A stretch of DNA of 64,000 nucleotides from Lytechinus pictus (taxonomy: Eukaryota), in contig NC_087252.1 of NCBI RefSeq assembly GCF_037042905.1, positions 21,392,001 to 21,456,000 of the forward strand, written 5' to 3'. The notes beneath the pieces are model-generated. The model was not told the DNA's origin and ran no database searches. It worked only from the letters and a program-made list of their open reading frames with translations. Positions 10,236 to 21,211 of this stretch are shown here, piece by piece. Made by a program: the position numbers and the translations under genes. Position 1 is the stretch's first letter; the number at the start of each line of letters is the position of its first letter.

Positions 10236-12489
10236 AGATATTGGCCTTAAACATGGGTCCATATTCTCGAATTTGGGGTGATAACCTTTTTTGGTCAAGT
10301 TTTAAGCCCTAATAATGCATATCAATTCCTTTCATAGGAAAAGCGCTCCTCACAATTTCCGTATATTTGGCACCGTTTGGCACTTAATGATACGCGTACC
10401 GCCTTGACCGAACTGTGCGAAGTCTGTGTGGTCTGTGTGTAGACGATAGACCGGCCCGTAAACACTATTTCTTGGGAGTGCATAAACTGTCATAATTAGG
10501 TTTATTGTGACATAATAAAATTAATCACTGGGGCAAAGGATTAAAATGGTACCCACAAAATAAAGGGAAGTACACGAAGTGAAATTTTGTACTTTTTGCA
10601 TGTCATGGATGAAGACCCTCATTAAAGTATTGCATACGGGTGGACGTTTTTGTGCATAGCTTATTTTGTGTTTGTAAATGGTATTCCGTTCTATTAGTCT
10701 GAATTCTTAACCTTATATCAATTCTTTTCTCTCTTTTGGGGATTTTGTAGATTAGCATCTATATCCTGTATTTTATGTTATTAATAGTGTTATGTAATCC
10801 AGGCCCCCGCTCTCGCTTTTAAAGGGGTCGATGGGAGTCGATTTAATTACGTTGTGAATCTATTGTTCAAGGGATGTGACCCCGGCCCCCCCCCCCCTTC
10901 AATAGAATGACATCACGAACCAGCAGCAGTGGGCCTTGAACCGATTTGTCTATGCTTATTTATGTTTTATAAATAAATTATCACATACAAATCCTTTACA
11001 TCAAATGTTCGCCATAAATTACACATCAATGATAATTGATAATATAGGCCAATATTTACATAAGATTGAAGTGATCAGGAAAATGAACAGAGAAAAAAAA
11101 AGAGAAGCCAGAGTACATTTCATTAAAACAATATCATACTTTTACTGTAGTCATTTACATCGCATTGCATGCCTATATTTATTTTTATTATAATGTGATG
11201 TTTGTTTTTAAACTTTGAATAAATAAACTTGAACTTGATTTTGATACAGTGACCTGAATGTTTTCATAATTTTATATGGCCAACCTCTCCTTCCGGCCCT
11301 ACCGTTCTATTATGTTTCTTCCTCCCATTACAGATCCTCTTCCTCTTTTTCTCCCTCCATCTCGAGTAATCACTTTCTTCCTTTCTCACTGACAATAGGG
11401 AAGGGGTGCAGCTCCGATCGCCTCCGTACATCGAGAGGTACATATCGACAGGGCAAAAAATAAATCCTTTTAATGGAGACCACCCTGCTGATGTCCACGT
11501 TTAATGAAGTGCATATACTTTCACAGTACTGACATTTCAGAAACTTTTTAACATTTGCTAAGATTTGATGTACACGAGATGACACTCAAAACTTCTTTTC
11601 TAAAATCTTGTACCATTATTTGAGAACTCGGTGTAAATACCAATAAATCATGTAATGGACCTCAACACTCTTCATGTAGTCAGCATGTTCGATTGATACA
11701 CGTTTGTAAAAAGTAAAACACACACATTAATTATATAATTGATTTATTTGTTTTCTCATGTCTTAAAGATAAAATAGACCTATGTTTTTATCATAAAGAC
11801 CAGCCGCCATTAACAAATTTAATAAATATCATCCCGTGTCTTTTCTTTGATCGTGTAATGTTTAGAAACATAGCTGCTGCATAATTAGTGTGATTCATTT
11901 TTGTTTTGTCAAAATTATCTCATCGGCGATTCCGTTAAAAATGCCCTATAATGGGACCTAGAGTTACATGTATATTTGTATTTTACGTGCATTAAAGCCA
12001 CCGACAAGCTATGAATCGGCTTGGAGAAGACATGCACGCAACTATAATAGAGTCTATAACCATGGACCTACTATACTAGTACACAGTAGTAACATACAGA
12101 CAATGAGGCATTCAGCATGTTCAGGGTTTCACATTCAAACCGCTCTACGCAATCTATAGCATAACTTCAATTGAAACGGATTTTTCCTATTGTTAGCTGC
12201 TTTGTGATTTTCACACCTTCATCCATTGTTCTCAAAACGTGCTAGACAGCGTAATTGACCCAATTCAGGTTCAAGGGGTCGTTATATAGGATCGTTGACT
12301 TCAACCAAGGACCTATAGATGTACAGTGCAGGCACATTATGGCCCACTCTAGACCGTTGCATGAAATCACCCGAAATATCTTAAATATTCATGAATGCAT
12401 AATGAGGGCGTGAAATCTGATGATATTATGGCCTGAAATCTTGACATTTCAAGCACCTTTGTAACTATAAATATGATGCATCAAGTTAA

Positions 12490-13340
12490 TATATTTAATC
12501 ATTAATGCGAACGCAAACCGTGAGCCAATTTTTTTGATAAACTGTCATGAAAAGGGGATTTCAAGTAGTTTGTTGTATAATCAATATTGAGACATACATA
12601 ACTCGCCAATCAAAATGCAAGCGTGCAGCGCTAGCTTAGGCGCGATAGCTCAGTCGGTAGAGCGGGGGTTTCGGATTCCGGTGAACCGGGTTCGATTCCC
12701 AAGTGGTGCGCTAGTGCCCTTTGGTAAGGCATTTATCCTCATTACCAGGTCCCTCGGAGAGGACCTTAAGCCGTTCGTCCCCTGGTTGCTTGCTCACAGG
12801 CATTCGTGCTTTCTTAGCAGTCAGGTAAAACAACCTCGGTATAACCTTGATACGATTTGACAATCAGACCCAAAAAGGGATATTTTGAAAATTTATGGAA
12901 TGCACGAGAATAATAGGTACTAATCAAAATTCGCGAGTGCGCAGCACGAACAGAAAATATTAATATTCAGACCATAAAACTGACATGTTTACAGAGCACT
13001 TTTAAAAAATCAATTTGTAAATCACACAAAATAATGAAGTTAAATTTCCGAGGTGAAATGTGTTTTGTAAATTAACTTTCAAACTTGATATCTAAACTCA
13101 TTGAACAAGATATGAAAATCACCTAACAGGCAATGCGAGGGCGAAGCGCGAGTGAAAATTGTATAGAGTGACATGAAAGATTTTTTTCCCCCAAGTCTTT
13201 CCCTCATCTTATTTTATTCACTCGTCTTCCTCTTCTTTTTTCTCCTCTCTTTTCCCTCCTCTTTTCCCTTTTTTCTATCTTTTTTTGCTCGTCCAAGAGG
13301 GGGGGGGGGGGGGAGTCCCTCGCGCCCCGAACCGCCTATG
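12490..13340. repeat. Degenerate interspersed repeat with GCGAGCGCGAAGCGCGAGC-like motifs, ending poly-G..CCGCCTATG
   Basis: Motif variants at about 12507, 12617, 12933 and 13135; interrupted by a SINE. Confidence 0.55.
12639..12835 (+). mobile_element. tRNA-derived SINE
   Basis: A box TAGCTCAGTCGG and B box GGTTCGATTCC followed by a non-tRNA body; second copy at 48905-49092 (-). Confidence 0.85.
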
Positions 13341-16300
13341 CTTTACGGAAAACAAGGTATCATAACGAAATGCATATAGAATATATTTTAACCTGTTGTC
13401 ACCTTCAAACAATCTTAAAAGATGTCCTGATAGATCGCAAATAATTATGAAAGGCTACCAACTGACTTCTATTTTGTCTTATTTACGTGTCCAACTTGTC
13501 GAGAAAATGCATCTTTAATATTTCTTAACGGAGAACAATTAAGGGATCATAACGAAAGGCATATCAAATCTATTTTGTCTTGTTGACCCCTAAAAATAAT
13601 TTTTAAAACATGTCCTGATAGATCGCACACCCATCTGACATGTTTTTTACTTCTATTCTGTTTTATTTACGTTTCCAACATCGTCAAGAAAAGACGTATT
13701 TAATATTTCTTAACGAAGAACAAGGGATCATAACGAAAGGTATATATCAAATCTATTTTAACTTGTTGACCCCTCGAATTTTTTTCAATTATGCCCTGAT
13801 AGATCGCACACCCATCTGCGATGTTTGTGACTTTTATTTTGTTTTATCTGCGTTTCCAACTTTGTCGAGAAAATGCATCTTTAATATTTCTTAACGGATA
13901 ACAGGGGATCATAACGAAAGGTATATCAAATCTATTTTAACTTGTTGACCCCTAAAAACAATTTTAAAACATGTCCTGATAGATCGCACACCCATTTGAG
14001 ATGTTTTTGACTTATATTCTGTTTTATTTACGTTTCCAACATCGTCAAGAAAAGACGTATTTAATATTTCTTAACGGAGAACAAGGGATCATAACGAAAG
14101 GTATATATCAAATCTATTTTAACTTGTTGACCCCTCGAATTTTTTTCAATCATGCCCTGATAGATCGCACACCCATCTGCGATGTTTGTGACTTTTATTT
14201 TGTTTTATCTACGTTTCCAACTTTGTCGAGAAAATGCATCTTTAATATTTCTTAACGGATAACAGGGGATCATAACGAAAGGTATATCAAATCTATTTTA
14301 ACTTGTTGACCCCTAAAAACAATTTTAAAACATGTCCTGATAGATCGCACACCCATTTGAGATGTTTGTGACTTCTATTCTGTTTTATTTACGTTTCCAA
14401 CATCGTCAAGAAAAGACGTATTTAATATTTCTTAACGGAGAACAAGGGATCATAACGAAAGGTATATCAAATCTATTTTAACTTGTTGACACCTAAAACA
14501 ATTTTAAAACATGTCCTGATAGATCGCACACCCATCTGAGATGTTTGTGACTTCTATTCTGTTTTATTTACGTTTCCAACATCGTCGAGAAAAGACGTAT
14601 TTAATATTTTTAACGGACAACAAGGGATCAAAACGAAAGGTATATCAAATATATTTTAACTTGTTGACCCCTCGAAAAATATATATCACCAAAAAATATG
14701 AGATGCTACCAACTTCTATTTTGTTTTATCGACGTTTCCAACTTTTTCGAGAAAATGCATCTTTAATATTTCTTTACGGAGAACAGGGGATCATAACGGA
14801 AGGTATATCAAATCTATTTTAACTTGTTGACCCCTAAAAACAATTTTAAAACATGTCCTGATAGATCGCACACCCATCTGAGATGTTTGTGACTTCTATT
14901 CTGTTTTATTTACGTTTCCAACATCGTCAAGAAAAGACGTATTTAATATTTCTTAACGGAGAACAAGGGATCATAACGAAAGGTATATCAAATCTATTTT
15001 AACTTGTTGACACCTAAAACAATTTTAAAACATGTCCTGATAGATCGCACACCCATCTGAGATGTGTTTGACTTCTATTCTGTTTTATTTACGTTTCCAA
15101 CATCGTCAAGAAAAGACGTATTTAATATTTCTTAACGGAGAACAAGGGATCATAACGAAAGGTATATCAAATCTATTTTAACTTGTTGACCCCTCGAAAA
15201 TTTTTCAATCATGCCCTGATAGATCGCACACCCATCTGAGATGTTTGTGACTTTTATTCTGTTTTATCTACGTTTCCAACTTTGTCGAGAAAATGCATCT
15301 TTAATATTTCTTAACGGATAACAGGGGATCATAACGAAAGGTATATAAAATCTATTTTAACTTGTTGACCCCTAAAAACAATTTTAAAACATGTCCTGAT
15401 AGATCGCACACCCATTTGAGATGTTTGTGACTTCTATTCTGTTTTATCTACGTTTCCAACATCGTCGAGAAAAGACGCATTTAATATCTCTTAACGGAGA
15501 ACAAGGGATCACAACGAAAGGTATATCAAATATAATTTAACTTGTTGACACCTAAAAACAATTTTAAAACATGTCCTGATAGATCGCACACCCATCTGAG
15601 ATGTTTGTGACTTCTATTCTGTTTTATTTACGTTTCCAACATCGTCGAGAAAAGACGTATTTAATATTTCTTAACGGACAACAAGGGATCAAAACGAAAG
15701 GTATATCAAATATATTTTAACTTGTTGACACCTAAAAACAATTTTAAAACATGTCCTGATAGATCGCACACCCATCTGAGATGTTTGTGACTTCTATTTT
15801 GTTTTATCTACGTTTCCAACATAGTCGAGAAAAGACGTATTTAATATTTCTTAACGGAGAACAAGGGATCACAACGAAAGGTATATCAAATATAATTTAA
15901 CTTGTTGACACCTAAAAAACAATTTTAAAACATGTCCTGATAGATCGCACACCCATCTGAGATGTTTGTGACTTCTATTCTGTTTTATTTACGTTTCCAA
16001 CATCGTCGAGAAAAGACGTATTTAATATTTTTAACGGACAACAAGGGATCAAAACGAAAGGTATATCAAATATATTTTAACTTGTTGACCCCTCGAAAAA
16101 TATATATCACCAAAAAATATGAGATGCTACCAACTTCTATTTTGTTTTATCGACGTTTCCAACTTTTTCGAGAAAATGCATCTTTAATATTTTATTACGG
16201 AGAACAGGGGATCATAACGGAAGGTATATCAAATCTATTTTAACTTGTTGACCCCTAAAAACAATTTTAAAACATGTCCTGATAGATCGCACACCCATCT

Positions 16301-16800
16301 GAGATGTTTGTGACTTCTATTCTGTTTTATTTACGTTTCCAACATCGTCAAGAAAAGACGTATTTAATATTTCTTAACGGAGAACAAGGGATCATAACGA
16401 AAGGTATATCAAATCTATTTTAACTTGTTGACACCTAAAACAATTTTAAAACATGTCCTGATAGATCGCACACCCATCTGAGATGTGTTTGACTTATATT
16501 CTGTTTTATTTACGTTTCCAACATCGTCAAGAAAAGACGTATTTAATATTTCTTAACGGAGAACAAGGGATCACAACGAAAGGTATATCAAATATATTTT
16601 AACTTGTTGACACCTAAAATCAATTTTAAAACATGTCCTGATAGATCGCAAACTATTCTGAGATGTTTGTGACTTCTATTTTGTTTTACTTTCCTTTCGT
16701 CAATTACATTTCGTCATGGAGAACGGGGGTTCATAACGAAAGGTATACAAAATATATTTTCACTCGTTCGCCCCTCAAAACAATTTAAAAGCATTTCCTA
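13341..16800 (+). repeat. ~180-bp satellite array, ~19 units, with higher-order structure
   Basis: Unit ACGGAGAACAAGGGATCATAACGAAAGGTATATC..GATAGATCGCACACCCATCTGAGATG..; a short variant unit recurs 1421 bp apart. Confidence 0.95.
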
Positions 16801-17271
16801 ATCCGCCACCGTTTTGCTTGCGCGATTCTCGTAAACACGGATTTTTTTTTTTTTAATTGGTACTTTGTACAGGAAGCTAGCGCCAGGCATCCCCTATTCA
16901 CCCCTCTCGTAGATCCGCCCGCACCTCACGCGCTGCATTCGCTGCAAAGCTTCGCTGCAAATGTTGATCCGACGTGCACGCCGAACACTGACCTCATTTT
17001 ATGTGAAGTGTACGCTGGCGCGCTGTGTGTGTGTGTATGTGAACCTGCACTATTCAGTGTATTCTCGTGCGACGCTCCGGCGGATTAGCCAATAGCGATC
17101 GAGATAATAATTGCCCCGTTCCCCAGCGTGTACGGATTATGCAAATTAGCTTTAATGTAGAATATAACGGTACTTCGTACTAATCTCTTGGAACTCCTTT
17201 GCACACTCTCATTATGGAACAATGGCTATGCACGCGTTGGAACGCATTTGGGGTTTTGACGCCTCGCCTAA

Positions 17272-17679
17272 CCCCATACTATCCTTAACCCCGGACTATC
17301 CTTAACCCCATACTATCTTTTTTTTGGATGCACAATGTCTTTCTTAACCCCATACTATCTGCTTAGCCGGGGTTAACGCCTTAACCCTGGACTATCCCAC
17401 AGCTCATGAATATTGATGATTTTACCATACAGAGCGTGATTAACGTGTAATTTCTACTTCTGTGATTGGCTATTGCTTAGCCCCACTTTTCCTTAGCCCA
17501 GTTTTGTTTCACACTGCATCTCTTAGCACCGCAATAAGCCAGCTAACCCTGCTTTTTTGCAGGGCCAGATAGTACCGTACTATTTACCGTGCTAGCCCAC
17601 TTTGCTAAAACGTGTGAAAACGAAGTGGGCTAAGCTTAACCTCGGGTTAAGGAAAAAAAGTACAGTGTGAAAAGCATAC
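17272..17679 (+). mobile_element. Right part of the split MITE
   Basis: CTTAACCCC repeats; ends CAGTGTGAAAAGCATAC then TA (17680-81), matching TA at 4296-97. Confidence 0.85.
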
Positions 17680-18300
17680 TAGTGCATAATGTAGGGGACA
17701 TGTGCATAAAGACGATTTTAATGTGACAGCTGCAACCTTGAAATTATGTCAGAAAATGAACATTTATCCTGCACAATAATGTATGAGATAAGTTAAATCT
17801 GATTTCTGTGTTATTAACTTACCATAACCCAAGTATTAGCCAGGAAATTAACAGTGTGTGTATGTCTTACATGTAGCTCACAATATATGAAAATGTGGAT
17901 AAAGACAATTATATCAAAAGCTTCAGCCTTGAACTCATATTTAGGAAACTAACATTATTTCTGCAAATTTAGTGGATGTACAAATAATGTATATCAGATC
18001 TATGTGTTTGTATTAATGTCAAATGGCCGAAGTATTAACAAGGAAATTGGTTTTATTTATGTCTTTAATGCATAAATCTGGGAACAATATGCATAAAAAA
18101 ATTATATCAATAGCTGCAGCCTTGAAATTTGATGGATGCGTGAGTGAATGTGATTCTGATATCTGTGTTATTAACTTCAATTTATATAACCCAAGTATTA
18201 GCCAGGAAATTAAATCAATGTGTGCATGTCTAGCGCATAGTATAGGGAAAATGTGCATACAGATATAGCAATAGCTGCAAACTTGAAGAAATAAAAAGAA
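17680..18300 (+). repeat. Continuation of the degenerate ~175-190 bp tandem repeat
   Basis: CCAAGTATTAGCCAGGAAATT-like motif at about 17829, 18028 and 18191; resumes at TAGTGCATAAT. Confidence 0.8.
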
Positions 18301-18954
18301 TGACTGTTTTATATTCAAAGGATGTTGGAAATAATGTATTTAATATCCTATTAAAGTGAGTATGATTATGATCGATGAATTATGTAAATCAATATATCTA
18401 ATTTCAACTGCTTTAAGCTCTTGGACATGAGAAATTACATTTGAAACCACATATCTAAAAGCGAGGTTTGTATCAGTATGCACGGTGCACCCGATATCAA
18501 TTTGCCCTAACTTTCGTGGTAATTTACGCCTGATTGAATGGCTTAAAGACCGTCGAGAACATTTTCCATCCAATCAATAATCGATGAGAGTAATTGTCGC
18601 CATAGGTTTGGAAATTATAAAGAAATGAAATTCATTAGGTAGAGAATAGTTGCTATGTCATGATGATGCATACTCTCGTTTCATCATTTTTTTGATATTT
18701 TTTTAAATTTAAGTTGGGGGATGGAAATAGAATTTGTTACATTGGTGCTGTTAGCTGGCATCATATAGTCTGACTTCAAGGCTAAATGGGATTTTTTGAT
18801 GGTAAATCAGGGGCCTGTTTCATTAAACTTGTTATAATTTGCAATAACAGTTACAAGCTACAGAAATCCTTCAATCTGATTGGTTAACAGTATTTGTTAT
18901 CTAGTCTTTATGAAACAAAACCCAAGTAATTCTTTAATTTCCATGACTATATAA

Positions 18955-19282
18955 ATTGATGGTGATTATGTTGATTATAGTGATAATGTTTTGTGTGATG
19001 ATTATGATGATATTGATGTGGAAAATGATAATGGTGGTGATGATGATGGTGATGATGGTGGTGATGATGGTGGTGATGAAGATGGTAATGATGATGATGA
19101 TGATAGTGAAAATGGTGGTGTGATAATGACAATAATCTTAAAGATGGCGATGATGGCTACGATGATGATGATGGTGACGATGATGATGATGTTTGTGATG
19201 ATGACGACAATGGTGATGATGGCAATAATGGTGATGACTGTGGCGATGCTGACGACGATGATGATGTGATGATTATGATGGT
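18955..19282. repeat. (GAT/GGT)n microsatellite
   Basis: Trinucleotide periodicity. Confidence 0.9.
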
Positions 19283-20079
19283 AGACTAGTGGCTATTATC
19301 AAATTAATGTTTGCAATAGTATCTTTCATCAGATAGATTATAATTATGCAAATATTACACAATAGTATACAGCGTTAATGATATACCTTGATTATATTGC
19401 ATTTTTTTGCAAATGGACATTAGGACATATAGTAAGTGGTTAAAAAAAAACCCACGCATATTTTCTTCGAATCAGGCTAGGAGTACAACCTCTTTGGGGC
19501 AGAGAAAAAGGAGAAGAGTACCTAATTCTCGCAGCTGCTGCTGTGAATGACAATTTATTGCATTTAATTCTTCAGCTTGTGTTTCTGGGGAGAAGACTTT
19601 AAAGCTACGGGTCAGCGTTGAGGTCGAAAACAATGTATCCGCTGTCACATAGTGGCTGCGTGATTGAAATACAATGTACGTGCAAGCAGATTACTTAGTT
19701 AACGTGTGCATAATTTGAAGATATAGTTAATAGCCATGGAATATTATCTTTGATTTATTGACAACGATTATTAATAAATTGAAAAAAAAAATTAAAGAGG
19801 AGAAAAAACCTCAGTTTCACAAATATTCTGGCACTCTAATAATAATAATTATAACATTTGTAGGGCGCTTAATACAGGTGTTTCTAAGCTCTCATTTTTC
19901 TGCCTATATCAACTATAGATTACCATGGAAAATAAAAATGTCTTAATAAATTAAAAAAACAGAATTTAAACAAACAAATGAACGAAATGAAACCCTATTA
20001 CCAAAGTGCCGACAAACAAAAAAGAGAAAAATAAATATGATTAATAATACACCAAATTATATATTATTTCCCTTTAAGT

Positions 20080-20450
20080 TTAAGAGGGGGGGGGGGGGTG
20101 TGAACAGATGAACACTGTTGTCTCTCATTGACTGTGTTGTAAATGGCTAGTTTTTAAATATACCTTTGAGATAAGTAATACAGTGGATAAATTAGCCAAT
20201 AATTGTATTTGTGAATAGATGAACTAAACATATTTTGTGAGGAAAGGTACTTCTTTTGCTACTCGGTAACAATTATTGTGATATAAATATATTGAGAAGT
20301 GATTTATTGTCTTATTTTTCAAATGTGCCTAGATCACAAGACTACTCTGCATAGAATGCTGTGCTATGGGTACTGAACCTGGCCAGGTGTGAGTAGTTGA
20401 AGATTTTGGGTGATGCTATTAATTAAGTCTGCGGGTTTATTTGGTCTTTA
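20080..20450 (+). repeat. Old interspersed repeat family, copy 1 of 4
   Basis: Core CTGGCCAGGT(G/A)TGAGTAGTTGA(A/G)GA shared with 42445-42781 (+), 40205-40500 (-) and 59305-59610 (-). Confidence 0.7.
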
Positions 20451-20854
20451 TATTAAAACAAATAAATGAAATCATAAGAAGCAAGCCTACCAAATCCAAA
20501 TTAGATATGAACTTATTCACTCAGTTGATGAAGAGCCAATATTTTGTAGCTCGAGACCATTTTTCTTGATAAGAAAAATGTATTGTATTCAAATACAGAA
20601 ATGACTTTTTTAAATACACACATGTACAAGTATTTGTTGTTGTTAATTGTGACCTCCTATATATATAACAGTTTTTCTCAAATGCTATAGAATTTTTTAT
20701 TATCTTTTTTTTGTGTAATTTGCCCCTACATATCATTGTTGCTCTTGTGTAAAGATTTTTATTTTGTGTACTATCTATAGTCATTTCATTTATCATCTTG
20801 CTATTTGCATTTCTAACATATTTTTGTGCATCTATTTGGTTAAATTGGAATATT

Positions 20855-20921
20855 ATCATGGTGATGATGATGATGTTGATGCTGATGATGCTGATGATGG
20901 TGATGATAATAATGATAATAG

Positions 20922-20957
<36 letters not shown>

Positions 20958-20992
20958 AACTACTACTACTACTGCTGCTGCTGCTGCTACTA

Positions 20993-21060
<68 letters not shown>

Positions 21061-21064
21061 ACTG

Positions 21065-21102
<38 letters not shown>

Positions 21103-21103
21103 G

Positions 21104-21195
<92 letters not shown>

Positions 21196-21211
21196 GCTAG
21201 TAGTAGTAGTA
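20855..21211. repeat. (GAT)n-(CTA)n/(CTG)n compound microsatellite; resumes at 25278-25367
   Basis: Pure trinucleotide runs. Confidence 0.95.

Larger units (their letters stand above)
4326..17268. mobile_element. Large (12.9 kb) PIF/Harbinger-like TIR element, no transposase visible
   Basis: Left GGCGGGACGTCAATATCC vs right reverse complement GGCGAGGCGTCAAAACCC (14/18); TAA TSD at 4323-4325 and 17269-17271; removal rejoins the host MITE colinearly with the copy at 1505-1915. Confidence 0.85.

Noticed and set aside
12639..12710. tRNA gene (likewise at 26670-26742, 40790-40853 and 52124-52195)
   Set aside because: A/B boxes run into shared SINE bodies and tails, with no proper cloverleaf or poly-T terminator.
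13341..16800. CRISPR-like regular array, or repeated 84/93-aa ORFs
   Set aside because: Whole units are repeated with no unique spacers, no cas genes and a eukaryotic context; the ORFs come from the satellite.
4326..17268. Autonomous Harbinger transposase gene
   Set aside because: No Harbinger DDE-type motifs found by eye; a frameshift-aware search would be needed to exclude remnants.
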